DNA of 64,000 nucleotides, from positions 60,576,001-60,640,000 of the forward strand of contig NC_045707.1 in assembly GCF_009834535.1 (NCBI RefSeq). Reading direction: 5' to 3'. The stretch is from Camelus ferus (taxonomy: Eukaryota). Numbering within the stretch: the stretch's first letter is position 1; every line of letters begins with the position of its first letter. Of this stretch, positions 13,576 through 26,622 are shown one piece after another. The notes under the pieces are model-generated. The model saw only the letters and a list, made by a program, of their open reading frames with translations, made no database searches and had not been told where the DNA came from. The position numbers were made by a program, and so were the translations under genes.

Positions 13576-14239
13576 CAAATAAACAAAAACTAAAGCAGCT
13601 GGTTTGTCCTACTCAGGGGTTCCCTGTATTGGCAATCTACTTATCTTGAATTGAAACAAAGATAAATAGGTCCTTTGCTTAGTCACTGTGTGATGGTTCA
13701 GTATTTGAACTCACGCCAGTGCTGGTGATTTTCTCCTTTGCATTTGACTGTTGCCTCCTGTTTCTTTCACAGATGCACTTGAGATCGGGGCCAATCCCAG
13801 CTTTTCAGTTTTACACATGGCATAATCATGTTGTTTCTTACCTCCTTCTTACATAACCTCTGAAAAGCTGTTTTCTGTTCCATTGGCATTGAGCCAACCC
13901 ATCCTCTATGATTTTTTTATTTATGAGCTTTATGGTTACAATAAACCATAACATTGTGCAGCCTTTAAGAGTATGTGAATGTCTGAGATTATCATTCCTG
14001 GGTATTAAGAATGATGGAGCAAAGGCAAGTAGACTGCAGCTTTACAATGCGGGGACCCAGATGGACTGGATAGCTTTTCCTCAAATCAAAAATCATTGTT
14101 TCTTTATCTATAACCCTCACATTAATCTAATTCTAATTTTAACTATATGCTTTACAAACTTCAGAGTTTTTTTAATATGAAACTCAAAAACATGTACACC
14201 CTTTCTTGGAAATTATCATCAATATAAAAAAATCCAGCC

Positions 14240-14930
14240 ACAAAAAGAATATAATTCAGAGAAAAAGAAATGCAAATGGTTCATAAATATGTGAGAAGGT
14301 GGTAGGTCTCATCCATGATTAAAGAAATGCGGTATTTAAATAACAGTGCTATACCGTGTTTCACTACCAGATTGACAAAGATTTAAAACAGACATTCCCA
14401 GGCACTTGCAGTTGGTAAGAGCACAGGCTGGCACGTTTACGGATGGCATTTTCATAGTATCTATCTAAATATCGAGTACATTTACTCTTTAACCTCGCCA
14501 CTCCATTTCTAGAATTTTTTTTCTAAGACACATCACATAAGCTTGCAAGGATACATATTTTACCAAATTATTTATTGTAGCAATGTTTGTAATAGTGGAT
14601 ATCTAAAATCATTTAAATTGTATTTCAATAGATAAACAGTTTAATGTATTACAGTACATCCACACTATGAAATATCTGTATGACATGGACAGATTGTTAA
14701 GTGGAGAAAGCCAATTACGAGTGTATGTGTGTATATGTGTTTGAGTGTGGGTGGCCATAAGCTCATTTGTGAGAAACAACTGTACATGCTTAAACATCTG
14801 GAATGACACATACTAAATGGTGTGACTTCTGGGAAGCGGAATTTGAGAGCAAAGAATAGGGTAATTTTATTTCTCAATTCTTTCTATTTGTGCAAGCAAA
14901 CACTACTTTTAAAGTAAAATATATTTTAAA
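14240..14930 (+). mobile_element. L1ME-like LINE-1 3' fragment
   Basis: aaagaaatgcaaatggttcataaatatgtgagaag...attaaagaaatgc...cagattgacaaagatt...ttattgtagcaatgtttgtaatag. Confidence 0.7.
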
Positions 14931-16569
14931 ATTCAGTCACAATTTTGCATTACCACACAATCCACAAAACAATAGAAAATACAATTAAATTCTGCTATAA
15001 AACCAAACGGTAATTAAACCTTACATGCCTCGGTGTCACTGTCATAGTAGGTGGTATTTTAGGATGATGATTAAGTATGAGAGGAAAGTACATAAAAGTG
15101 TATAAAAACCTGAAGTGTAAACGTTAGTCATTTTTAAATCTACATGGATAATACAAGTACTAATATAAATAAACTACTGAATTCTGTTTTATGTTAAGAG
15201 AGCAACTTTAATGTGTGGAATTATATTTTCAATAGCCAACAGTGAAGTCATTTCTATCTCTTGTCTTCAAGTCCATATCTCCTCCTACTGCCCTTCCACT
15301 GCCGTCTTTGGTAGGGCAGTAGGAATTATTTTGCAGAGTCAGGAATTTGGAATTCTCCCTATTTCCTATCCCTGCCCTAGAGAAAGCCAGGTTCTTTGGA
15401 ATTACGGCCAGGGTACTATGGTATGCCTGGAGAGGAAGGCATCCTGTAGTTGGGGGTAGTTGTTCTCCCTCTGCTTTATAAGCAGAGATTCGAGACGGTT
15501 TGGAGTTGCAAGAGTTTGCCCATGACTAGAAGACTGAAGTAAATGTGTCTCCAGCTATATCTCCGAGAGGGAAGCAGGTAGGTAACACAGGAAAGACTGA
15601 GATACTGAGACAAGATTGCTATGCTCACCATACCATGGCCTTGCTAAATGAAGACTGGGATTAACAATTATGAATTGTCTGTCTTCCTATCAGGCTAAAA
15701 GCACCTGTGTACAACTGGAACAATAATTGGCATATAGTAGGTTCTTATTAAATGCAGATTTGAATAAATGGATGGATCAGTAAATAAATGACCAAGACAG
15801 AAGAAAAACTCATTAGAGAAAAACTCACAAACTCCCTGAATAAGAGGGAGGGGAAAACAGATGACATGAATGAGAGGGGATGGCAGAAAAGCATGCTAGG
15901 AAGAATTAGAATGGGAAGCTGTTTCAATAGTATGGTACACCTGAGAGGCCTTATCATCCCTGAGTAACCTAGGATAACCCGGAGAAGTGCACAATTGAAC
16001 TCAGATAGCTTATTACTAAGATAGAATGCCCAGATTTCCCCCAAATAAGAAGGGTCCTAGTGTTTCCAGCAAAGGAGAACTTTGGAGAGTTCCACCATTG
16101 GCAAAATGCCCTTAGCATTTGGCTAAAATAACTCATGCAATTTGTCTGTTCAGATTCTTTTATTCTGTATCAGTTATGACTTCCATATCATCCAGTTTCC
16201 CAAGCCACTGAGCCCAGAGGTAAATCATTTGGGAGAAATTTCAGAACATCCAGGCACCTTTTGGCACATGCAGGAGCAGTGTTAACTGCTGTGCTATTAT
16301 TACAAATATTAATATTCTTATCACCACCATTACCACCTCTCCATAACCACCATCATTAGCTAAGAGTGAAGTCATCCAACAATAAATCATAGCCCTACAA
16401 CATGTCTGGGATCCTGAACAATCAGGGTGGCATCTCTTCCTTTCCTCCTTTGGGTGAGGTAACCAGGAAAGGGGTAGGCAGTGAAAGGCTAAATATTCCC
16501 TGTAGCTCAATCTCGATCTCGATCTCGATCTCTATAGCTATGTCTATATTACCAGAAATACACCAGAAA

Positions 16570-17090
16570 AACTCTGAGATTTGAGAGAAGACCTTCAGGA
16601 GCCAGACAGGTTCTGGAGCTTCAGAAATTCAAACTGGGACTCAATACCTCTAGGATTTTTTTTCTTGCTCACCCCATCTCTCACGTTTACTTATTCTGCT
16701 TGGCTTCTTTCTCTCCTATGACAGATGGGCCTTTTCCACTGGCAGAAGAACATAGCTGCCAGCAGTCTTGGGCGTATATCATCCCAGTTATCTTTTCCAG
16801 AAGGGGATATTTTTTTTCCAGCTTCATTTTGACTATTCCTAGGGAAAACGCTGAGTAATTTGAGTCACTTACCTAACACTAGGCCAATCGTCATGGTCAA
16901 GAGGACAGTTTACTCTGATTGGTACTGTCTGTGTTGCGTGCCCACCTTTAGGTGAGGGTGTGGGGTCCTATGATTGGCAGCTTCACAAAAACCATATAGG
17001 ATGCATAGTGGGGGGTGGTGATGCCCTGTACCTAAAGAAGGGGAAGATGTTACTGAACAAAGAGAAAAGAGATGCTTCAGATGTCCACAA
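16570..17090 (-). mobile_element. Very old MLT1-type LTR
   Basis: catagctgccagcag...ttgagtcacttacct...ccaatcgtcatggtcaagagg...tctgattgg pattern. Confidence 0.5.
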
Positions 17091-17520
17091 AAGATAGGTC
17101 AAAGCTAACCAGCTAGCCGGCTAGCTAAATGGGAAACTAGCTAATTCGATGTCTATATAGATGACAGTTAACATGTGTTAGTGATCATTATAGGGTCTAC
17201 TATTTGCTCTCATTTTTCCCAAATGATTTATTTTTTTTTGTTATTCCCTCCCTTTCAATTATTCAAATATACTATAAAATTATTGTCATATGCCAAAGAA
17301 AAGAAAAGAAAACTCTATCGATATCTCAGTTAGAATTGGTGACACCCAGACATTTTTACATTTGACTTCCCACCCAGGTATACAGCATTGTTTTCCAATT
17401 ATTCAGTCTTCTGAAAGAAATGTTATAGGTCTTTTACGTAGTGTAGGTGTAAGATTAGTAGCATAACAGCTGATACCAGAACAGTCTTTGATTAGGAAAA
17501 TACCTTGATAAAGTAAAAGT

Positions 17521-17635
17521 AGGGCTGCCACATACTGCTGCTCTGTCTGTGTACTGCACAGCTCCAGGGAACCTTGTTTATATGGACTACAATGTAAGCA
17601 AGGCCCCTAGAGTTATGCAATGAAGCGGATCTGGG
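17521..17635. mobile_element. MER91A-like palindromic hAT-Tip100 element
   Basis: agggctgcc...gtactgcacagctccaggg...atggactacaatgtaagcaaggcccctagagttatgcaatg, a decayed hairpin. Confidence 0.7.
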
Positions 17636-18394
17636 ATGAATGTTAAGACTGTTGACAAGCGCCAAAGCAATGAGAAGAGTGGTTAAGCTTCTCTGCATGA
17701 GAACATGAGAAAATTTTGGTTTAGCTCTTAAGAGAGAACAGAAAAGAAGGGAAAAAAGGATCAGAAAAGTGGCAGGATACAGAGAGAAGCTTATGTAATA
17801 GTGGAAGGATGAGAGGCACGTGGGTGAAGAAGCCAGTGGGAAAACCTTGGCAGCAGGGTGAACAAGGGACATTTTAGAACAGGAATCCAATTTTCAGTTG
17901 TCTGAAATGGGATATGCGGGCTCCTGTCTACAGTAAAATTTCTGCTACTTGATACAATCTTTGTGTACAAAATAATCTGGGGATGGGAGAGGGGAACAGA
18001 AAGCATGCGCTATGACCATCTTGTGCCATTGTCATAGCAGAGATAAAGAAATGGACACAAACATGCAGAGAATAGAAGAATTTAGGACATGGAAAGGGGG
18101 GCAGTGGAGTCAGTCAGATCTGGAACTCAGGATTCCAGGGTGAGGGCACTCATGCTGACACCTAAATTGCATTCATAATGACTTGATACCACTCTTATTA
18201 GCATTCTGTAAATTACTTTCTGATTATTTCTTGCCCTTACAAATGGGATCCTATTTTCCATAATATTTTCCTGCTAGTTTTTCAGGTTACCATAATCTAT
18301 CTGTCCTTAACTATCTATCTATCTAAGAATACATGAAGTATGTGTAACATATTTTATACATACATGAAATAAAGAAAAATTTTTTTTAAAAAGT

Positions 18395-18985
18395 CATGCC
18401 TTTCCTGTTGATCTGGTTTTTATCTGATATCATTGCCCTTTAGACCAAAGAATTTCTTTTACCATTTTCTTGTAGTTTAGGTGAGCTGTCAACAAATTCT
18501 CTCATCTTTTCTCTATCCAGAAATGTCTTTATTTTGTATTTCTTCTTTAAGGAATCATTGGGTTTAATGTAGGTTGACTTTTTTCTTTCAGCACTGTAAA
18601 GGTGTGCTTTGACTATCATATACCTATGTGTGTTTTCTTTGTATTTATCTTGCTTGTAGTTTGCTGAGCTTCTTGGTTCTGTGAGTTCATGTCTTTAAAA
18701 TTTTTTTTGGAAAATTATTAGAAATTCCTCCACTCTCTCATCTCTCCTCCTTGGGCTCCAATTGCATGTTTTAGATCATTGGTATTATTCTAAAGGGCTT
18801 AGATGTTGTAATGTATTTTTATTTTAATCCCTCCTTTCTCTTTGTGTTTTGCTTTGGATAATGTTTATTGACCCAAATGTCTTCAAGTTCAGTGACTCTT
18901 TTCTCTACTGTGTCCAGATTGCTTTAAAGCTTCCATTTCTTTGTGGAAACTCTCCATTTGTTCACACACGTTGACTTTTTCCATT
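18395..18985 (-). mobile_element. Old L1M fragment (ORF1 region)
   Basis: caacaaattctctc...aatgtctttatttt...ttttctttcagcact...ctccaattgcatg, antisense L1 text. Confidence 0.7.
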
Positions 18986-19227
18986 TTATATATATAATTA
19001 TGCACACTATATGTGTGTGTGTATATAATCTTGTATATATGTATGTATCTAATCTGTGTACCAGAGGCCTCTCTGGTTGGCTTATTTTAAAATGACAACC
19101 CACTTGCTACCAGTGAGAAAGAATAGCACTTTGGCACAAAGACATCCAACTGGATCACACAAGCACAGAGAAAATGCTTCAACTCAAACATAAAGGAAAT
19201 ATCTTATTTTCAAATAAGAAAAGCACA

Positions 19228-19340
19228 GGGGGAGGATATTGCTCAGCAGTAGAGCACATGCTTAGCAAGCACAGGGTCCTGGGTTCAATTCCTGGTACCT
19301 CCATTAAAAATAAATAAATAAACCTAATTACCTCCCCCTA
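19228..19340 (+). mobile_element. tRNA-derived SINE, Vic-1-like (camelid)
   Basis: gggggaggatattgctcagcagtagagcacatgcttagc...ggtcctgggttcaattcc (A and B boxes), tail aaataaataaacctaattacctccccc; imperfect TSD aagaaaagcaca / aaggaaaacaca. Confidence 0.9.
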
Positions 19341-19399
19341 CAAGGAAAACACAAAATGTGCTTTCTTTTATTGGTAAATGTTACCACGAGATAATAGAG

Positions 19400-19660
19400 A
19401 GGCATTTTGACATAGTGTTTACATGGATAGAGTTTAAATTCAGGCAAACTGGGATTGAATTCCTGACTCTGCTGATTATCAGCTCTTCAGTCTTGAGCAA
19501 GTTAGAAATTCCTCTAAGTCCCAGTTTATCATCTGTAAAATGTGGGTAATTATAAGAATATCTTCTGCATAGAGTTTCTGTGAGGTTTAAAAGTGATCAT
19601 ACGTGGACAGTAATCAGTCCAGGAGCCAGCCCAGAGAAGCCCTCAGTTAACTTGAGCTGT
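19400..19660 (+). mobile_element. MIR SINE
   Basis: ctgggattgaattcctgactctg...ttgagcaagtta...cagtttatcatctgtaaaatg...tgtgaggtttaaa. Confidence 0.8.
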
Positions 19661-21319
19661 TTTCTTTCCCCTACAGTTGCCTCATCCCCACCCTCTCCCC
19701 TCCAGGCTGAAACACAGAAAAACAGAGCACCAGTTTTGTCTTGGTCACTGATATACCTCTAGCATTCATCCCTTAACAGGCACTCAATAAATATTTGTTG
19801 AAAGAACAAATTAATAAAGCTTTTCTCTGAGTAAGGTAATCCAAAACGTTGGGCTCACCAGCGACCAGACTTGCCTTAAACAATATTTTCATAAGCCATC
19901 CAGAAAAGAAAGTGTTTTATCAAATCTGTTAGGCTTCGGAAGACTCCAAAAATGGTAGTGAAATTCCTGGTGCATACATAGGCACTTCAGAGAATATTTT
20001 CAAGGTTGTCATGGGGGCAAAGAGGTGGCAAATTGATTTTATTGACACATAGAAGAGGTACTTTTTGAACATTTTCTTCATTCTGTGAATGATAACTGAG
20101 AATCACTAAATTCTTGCTTAAAGATATCAGATCAATGTATTGCTTTAACCAAAAATGGAAATGAAAAGGTCATCAGGAAGATTAACAAAGTGTATATTAG
20201 TTTATCTTTGTGTGTAGCAAGGTTCATCCTTGCCTGAAAAGCAAGTCTAATTCTGTGATAACAAATGCTAAAGAATTAGGGAGACACTATTTCTTGAAAC
20301 TAACCCACCAATGTAGAATAATTAAAAATATGTCTCTTCATTTTGCAAGAGTTTCTAAGAAGCATTTGAAGGAATGTAGAATACGTGCTCACTGGTAAAG
20401 GAGAAGTTAGTCATTTTATAAAATGCTTAAAAATCACTTTATTTTTAGAATGTTCTCTTTTGTCATTGACATCTTAATGTACTATAATTTGAAATGTTTG
20501 CATGTTGAGCGAGCAGAGCACAAGCACTTCACAGCAGTGAGAATAATTGCTACTTAAATGCGCTATAAATCAATATGTAATGCAAGGATGCACAGTAACA
20601 GCTCAGACCATTTACTGTGCTTTAATGGGGATAAAATCATTTCAAAAACACCAGGAGGTGCTGAATGGAATACTCATTTTAGGTATACTGTCTACTTCTT
20701 TTACTCATTAACTATTTGTTAATGAATTAATTAATCTGTTAACTCAAACCAGTGAAACTCATGGTTTTAAAGATGTGTATTATAAGCTTCACATTTTTAA
20801 GACAATCTCAGGGAGGATATGATTTCATATGTAGTAACATGAATCAAAATTTATGATCAAAAGGAATCAAAAGGAAGACTAAACCATATTGTTTCTAAAT
20901 GTAAACACCTCTGTATGTCTTTAAAAAAACAATTTTATACACAGTTGAAATCTTCCTAATATAAAGGTCAAGTGGAAAAATACTATAAGTAAAAGAGTTC
21001 CCTTAATATCTAAGACCTGATAAGAACAAGAGAGTTCCAAAAATTGGAGGGGGAAAGGAGACAATGTTAGGTGAAGTGATTTTTCTTGATATTTAAGTCC
21101 AAAGCTTAGTAATCTATAGAAAGGGTTTAGAAAATATTTTCTCAGGATGGACTCTTCCTTTCTTTTCCCTACATCATCCTGGAATCTGGCATATTAGACT
21201 ATGAAAAGATAAAAAGACAAATTCTCTTTTATAAATAATGGAGAGGGGGTTAACCCAGATAATGCAGTTGGATTGTTCTGCAGATAACCTCTCAAGGCAC
21301 CCAGCGTGACATCTTCTCT

Positions 21320-21790
21320 GGCCTCCACCTAGCACCTTTGGTCCAGTTGCTCAATGATTTCACTAAGGCTCCAGGTTCTTTTCATCTTTAAGCTCTTGTG
21401 TTTGGTATGTAATAATGTTTTCCTCATTGTAACAAAATAGCTGCCTTAGCTCCAAACACCCCATTCTCAAACAACAAAGTCAAAAAAGCAAGCAAGAATG
21501 AAGAGCTGAGAGCTTCTCCTATGTATCTTCCTTTTTATCAAGAAGGAAAATATTTTCTAGATGCTTCCCAACTTCTCTTTTCTCTTTTTTCTCAGTGACC
21601 ACAACTGTGTCACATGCTTTCCTTAAACCAATCACAGCAGGAAGGAATGGATATTTCCAATGAGTTAGAACACTCACAGTTTGTCCCCTGAGGCTAAGGG
21701 ACTCACGTTCCCTCAGTATACTGTTACCGAATCTCTGAACAAAATTGTACATTTGTTAGGAAGGAATAAGGATAAGAAGTCATTTAGTCA
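21320..21790 (-). mobile_element. Old MLT1-type LTR
   Basis: gctcaatgatttcactaaggctccaggttcttttcatc...aaaatagctgcc...cttaaaccaatcacagcaggaaggaatgg. Confidence 0.6.
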
Positions 21791-22029
21791 GTAACCCATA
21801 GATAGCGCTCACCACACCACAGAGACTGGTATATACACCTGAATGCCAATTTATTCATTTACACTTAGAAATACTATTGCCAAGAGAACTAGACACTTGA
21901 GTTCTCTGGCCAATGTATTCTTTCCTTATAGAAAAAAATTCAAAGGAAGTTAAATTATAATGAGAGAGCTACTAGGTAAATGCAGAATCAGAAGTAAAGG
22001 AACAGTTATTTCTCTGTGTTCAGGTTGAG

Positions 22030-22350
22030 TCCTCTGCCTGAAATGCCTTTTCCCTTTTTCTAACTCCCACAATTTTTTTTAAATTCAGCTTAAGCATCAT
22101 CCCCTTTAGAAAGCTTTCTCTGTCAACCCCACCTTCTCCACCTGCACTTCCCACCCCCAAGCTGAACTGCATGCCTCTCTTCTATATTACCATGGCATAC
22201 TGTGCATAGCTGTATCATTACACCTACTCTAGTATATTGTACTTATCAATTTATGTGTCTTCTTCACTAAATGTGAGTTCCTTAAAAGCAGAAACTGGGC
22301 TAGCTTGTTCTTATAGATTTAGTGCTTAGCACAGAGCTCAGTATATGCGT
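22030..22350 (+). mobile_element. L2 LINE 3' fragment
   Basis: ctctgcctgaaatgcc...tcagcttaagcatc...aatgtgagttccttaaaagcaga...tagtgcttagcacag. Confidence 0.7.
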
Positions 22351-22367
22351 ATCAAGAAGGAGAGATT

Positions 22368-23176
22368 TGTGGTAGTAATTATTACCCCAAAAATGTCCAA
22401 ATCCTAATCCCTGAAATCTGTTGTGATGGTTAATTTTATGTATCAAATTGGAGAGTGTTTTCAAATTACACGCATCAACACAAATTGCCTTCCATAATGT
22501 GGGTGGGTCTCGTTCAATCAGTTGAAGGCCTGACTAGAACAAAAAGTCTAGCCTCCCTGAGCAAGAGAAAATTCTCCAGGGGACTGCCTTCAGAGTTTAT
22601 CTGTACCATCTGCCCTCCTGAGTCTTGGACCTGCTGGCCCATAGTGCAGATTTTGGACCAGCCAGCCTCCATAATCACATGAGCCAACCCCTTACTCCTT
22701 ATCATAAGGTCTATATCTGTATCTATCAATCTCCTGTTGGTTCTGTTTCCGTGGAGAAACTTGACTAATTGAATACATTACCTTATATGGCAAAAGGGAG
22801 TTTGCAAATGTGATTAAATTAAGGATCCTGAGATGGGATTATAGTTATCTGGGATTGTCCAGTAGGCTCAATGTTACCACAAGGGTCTTTTTAAGAGAGA
22901 AGCGGAAGTGTCAGAGTCAGAGAAGATGCAGTGACAGAAGCAGAAGTCCACAAACCAAGGATAGTCTTTAGAAGCTGGGGGATAAAAAAAACAAAACAAA
23001 AAAACAGTCCTTCCCTAGAGCTTCAGAAAAAACACAGCTCTGTCAACACCTTGATTTTAGCCCAGCGAGATCAATTTTGGACTTCTGAGCTCTATAGCTG
23101 TAAGATAATAAATTTTTGCTGTTTTAAATCAGTAAGTTTGTAGTAATCTGTTACAGCAACATAGGAAACTAATACA
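22368..23176 (+). mobile_element. MLT1 (B/C/D-like) LTR interrupted by an MLT2 LTR
   Basis: tgtggtag...atgtccaaatcctaatccctgaaatctg, resumes ttaccttatatggcaaaagggagtttgcaaatgtgattaaattaagg, ends ttacagcaacataggaaactaataca. Confidence 0.9.
22422..22769 (+). mobile_element. MLT2 (ERVL) LTR nested in MLT1
   Basis: Starts tgtgatggttaattttatgt; caatcagttgaaggcctgactagaacaaaaag; ends ggttctgtttccgtggagaaacttgactaat. Confidence 0.9.
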
Positions 23177-23290
23177 GTGGTAAAAATTGGGGGGAGGTGA
23201 CAAAATGACAAGTTTTTAAGGCATTAACGTATTATAGTAATAAATAGCATTTAATCATTGCTTGCTATATTCTAGACATTTTTACACATT

Positions 23291-23903
23291 TGTTAGGTAG
23301 TTAGATAAGTGGGGGCACTGGGCAGATAGGTGGAGGAGAGGGAGGATGGTCCAGAAGATGGTGTTATACTTGCCTCCACTTTTTGCTGGCACTTCTTCTA
23401 AATGAGTGTCAGCAAAACAAAAACAAAAACAAAAACAAAAACAAAAACAAAAACAAAAACAAAAACAAAACCCAAACAGGTTAAAACTCGACAGCCACAA
23501 CTGCTCCATAGCGAGAAGGACTTGACCGGACAGGACCCAGTGCTCACTGTAATATAACTAACATTGCGGTTTAGCAGCCCCCTCCACCCACGGGTTTTTT
23601 CTGAGTACCCTTACCACGGGTAAGGACATACACAAAGGGGCCAAAGTGACTGAGCATTCCAGGGGTAAGAGCCGTCAAACAAGCAAAAGACCACCTCTAA
23701 GGGAGGGTCTAAGAGAACGGGCAGAGACCACCGCTTTTCCTCCTCTGGGTCAGCCCACCTCCTGTTCTTGGAGGTGTACTTTTCCTTTTTTAAATAAATC
23801 CTTCAAAATCTTTCACTACACAATGTACTGTCTCTCAACTGTAATCTTATCTCTTGGGTATGACAAGAACTGGGGTCTTTTCCCATTTCTTTTTGGGGTA
23901 ACA
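23291..23903 (+). mobile_element. ERV1-type solo LTR inserted in a MIR
   Basis: Inverted ends tgtta...taaca; perfect 4-bp TSD catt (23287-23290, 23904-23907); aataaa near 23793; antisense MIR text on both sides. Confidence 0.85.
23413..23471 (+). repeat. (CAAAAA)n hexanucleotide repeat inside the LTR
   Basis: About 9-10 near-perfect units visible. Confidence 0.95.
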
Positions 23904-25539
23904 CATTCAATCCTGATCCAATAACCAAACTAAGATCAAGATATTATTATTATACCTATTTACAGATAAGCAAATCAAAGTTCAGAAAGATTGAATAATT
24001 TTATAAAAGTACCATGCCAGTAAGTGATACAAATGTTTGGGAAATCAAGGCACATTTCTCTAAATCCCAGGGCTCCCATGACATCCATTTAGCCTCCCCC
24101 AATCTGCTTCAGCATCCCTAAAGGAACTTAAAGAGTGAAACTGAAGTGAAAACAGTGTGCTTATTTGCAAATGGAGTTTTGAGACAGGTTTCCTACCTTC
24201 TCACAGTGGAGGGATTGCTTTTCAAAAGTCTCTCCCATAGGAAATTTTGGAGCTGGCTCAACAGTCTGTCCACAGATTGAGTCCTGTATGTAGGCTCCAT
24301 GGATTGAGACAAACTAAATACTGGAGACCTGCCTTGCCTTTTTTGTCTGCTTATTAATTCCTATCTTCTGAAAATTTTAGTGCAGTCAAGTTGACCCTAA
24401 CCAGGACTCCCTCAGGCAATAAACCCATCTTTCAGGATGACTTTGCATATCCATAAGTGCATTCATTTCTTACAGATTTTATAAATTTACGATTAACTGA
24501 AACTATTTCCAAGTTAATGAGCTTTACCTCACCATTGCCCCAATATATTGCCTACATACTAATAATACAGTGAACATTTATGTCAGTACACATTTATTTA
24601 GAAAATCTTTTTAATGAGCAAAGACTTACAAAGTCCTTGCATTATAAACTACCAGTTGAAATAATTCATAAACTTTAGAAACTCTTCTAAAAATATAAAT
24701 AAATGCAACCCCAGACTTATTTTGAAGTATCATGTCTTGGTATAGAAAAGCACTGGGAAATATTTAACACAATAATAGTGATTACTTTTCTATACTTAAG
24801 GATAAAATTGAGAGCTCTGTTTCCTTTCTTTGTTTAAGAGAAGTCAAACTTTTAAAAAAAATTTTAGAGACTATTAAAATTGTTTCATGGCTAACATATG
24901 AAAGAATTGACTGAATGTAATTATTTGTCTAATTGAAGGTTATTTTTTGGAACACGATCATTAGAAAAGACTTTTAATATGGATAGAACATTTCTAATAT
25001 GAATAATTTAGAGTCTGTATAAACCACTGTGCATGGCTATGACTTCAAATTTTTTCACATTTTAAAAAAATTTGAAAATTAAATATTTGCCAGTCACACA
25101 CAGAGTTTATTTAATGTACATACATAAAATACAGGTATTTTTATACATGTTAATTAATTTGCTCCAAAATCTTAAGTTAAATGATCAGGAAGATTGTAAT
25201 TAAGCAAATTACCTTCTTACTATTTGCTGACTTCTAATCACAAATACAATTTACAGTAGTAAAGTTTTTGGAAGAAATTAATACAGTAGTGACTTCTTTG
25301 AAATGCCTGTTTGGAGTAAACTTTACATCAAAAACCCACAGGGTGTAAAACTTAAAAAAAAAAAAAAAAGCTGAAATCCTTTTGATGAGCTTTTCATTTT
25401 CTCTCTGCCAAACCAGCCTTTAAGCTTGATTCCTCCTTTCCCCTAATTTTGCATTTCCTTTTATGAAACCATTCACTGGGTTATTTTGTCATCCATTCCA
25501 GCCCCTGAGAGCTAAAGGATCTCTGTCTTGATTTATCTG

Positions 25540-26062
25540 TGTTTTCTTCAAAATTGGCACCTGGTATTTGACAGAGATGTTTTGCAGCTGTGTTTTAAGA
25601 GATACGCTGTAGTCAACTGCCCTGAACTGGCTCTGATTTGACCACAGGAACACCTGCGCAGATGGGACCTGGAGGTGTCTGAAAGTTACCTTTGCTTCAT
25701 TACCATGCTAAGATCTCTGGCCACAGTAGGGCAGTGGGAAGGGACTTGTATCCTCTGCTAGGCACAATTCCTGACATGCACAAAGAGGCATGGAAGACTG
25801 CCCGTGCCCCAGCTGCCACTGGGACCTGTGCCCCTTTCCCAGAAACCTGATAGCTTTTCTGCCTCCTACCCTTTAAAATTGCCTTACTCCCCTCCTCTTG
25901 GGTAAAAGGTGTTTTTAGATTTTGAGCTCTCCCTTTTTCATTCATCGGTCAATGAATAACATTTCTGCTGTGCTATGTCGAGTCTGGCTTCTTTTGATTG
26001 GCATTTGCAACTCTGGGCAAAGGACTCACTGAGGGGTCAGTGACCGGCTGGGGATTAGAAAC
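25540..26062 (+). mobile_element. ERV LTR-like element inside an L2
   Basis: tttaaaa TATA-like motif, aatgaataac polyA-like motif, ends tagaaaca; L2 text resumes immediately. 5' boundary and TSD unresolved. Confidence 0.55.
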
Positions 26063-26429
26063 ATTGTCAATTCCATATCCTTAGTATGTCCATCTGTGTG
26101 TCTCCATCTCTAGTGCAGCTTTCTTAGTTCTGGCCACCATCATTTCTTTGCTTGATTTACTGCTGCAGTCTTCAAAGGGTTTCTCAGTTTCTTTGCCTCT
26201 AACCTCCACAACCAACCTCCCATCCACAATCATCCTCTAAGATTTCGACAGACCAATTATTCTTTGTAAAATGAAAAGCTAATTGTGCCACTCTGCTGCT
26301 TAAATCCTTCAATAGCTTTTTGTTGTTCTCGAATAAATTTCAAACCTCAAAGGTTGGGACACGAAGTCTGATGCAATTTGGACTCTTTTTAGGTCTCCGC
26401 CTCTAAAGTAACTTAACAATAACAACTTG

Positions 26430-26622
26430 AAGGAGATAAACAAGGTCCTACTGTATAGCACAGGGAACTATATTCAATATCTTGTAATAACTTATAATAA
26501 AAAAGAATATGTATGCATATGTATGTATGACTGAATCAGTATGCTGTATACCAGGAACTAACACAATAATGTAAATCAACCATACTTTAACAAAAGATAA
26601 ATAAATAAAAATTTTAAAAAGA
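26430..26622 (+). mobile_element. Artiodactyl-type L1 3' end
   Basis: aacaaggtcctactgtatagcacagggaactatattcaatatcttgtaataac...gtaaatcaac plus A-rich tail. Confidence 0.9.

Noticed and set aside
13750..13850. Good splice acceptor (+) and donor (-) look-alikes
   Set aside because: They lie on opposite strands with no partner sites or coding signal.
16511..16532. (TCTCGA)n short repeat giving the SISISI ORF
   Set aside because: Simple microsatellite with no further structure.
17111..17126. Perfect 16-bp palindrome agctagccggctagct
   Set aside because: About one such palindrome is expected by chance in 64 kb (4^-8 per position).
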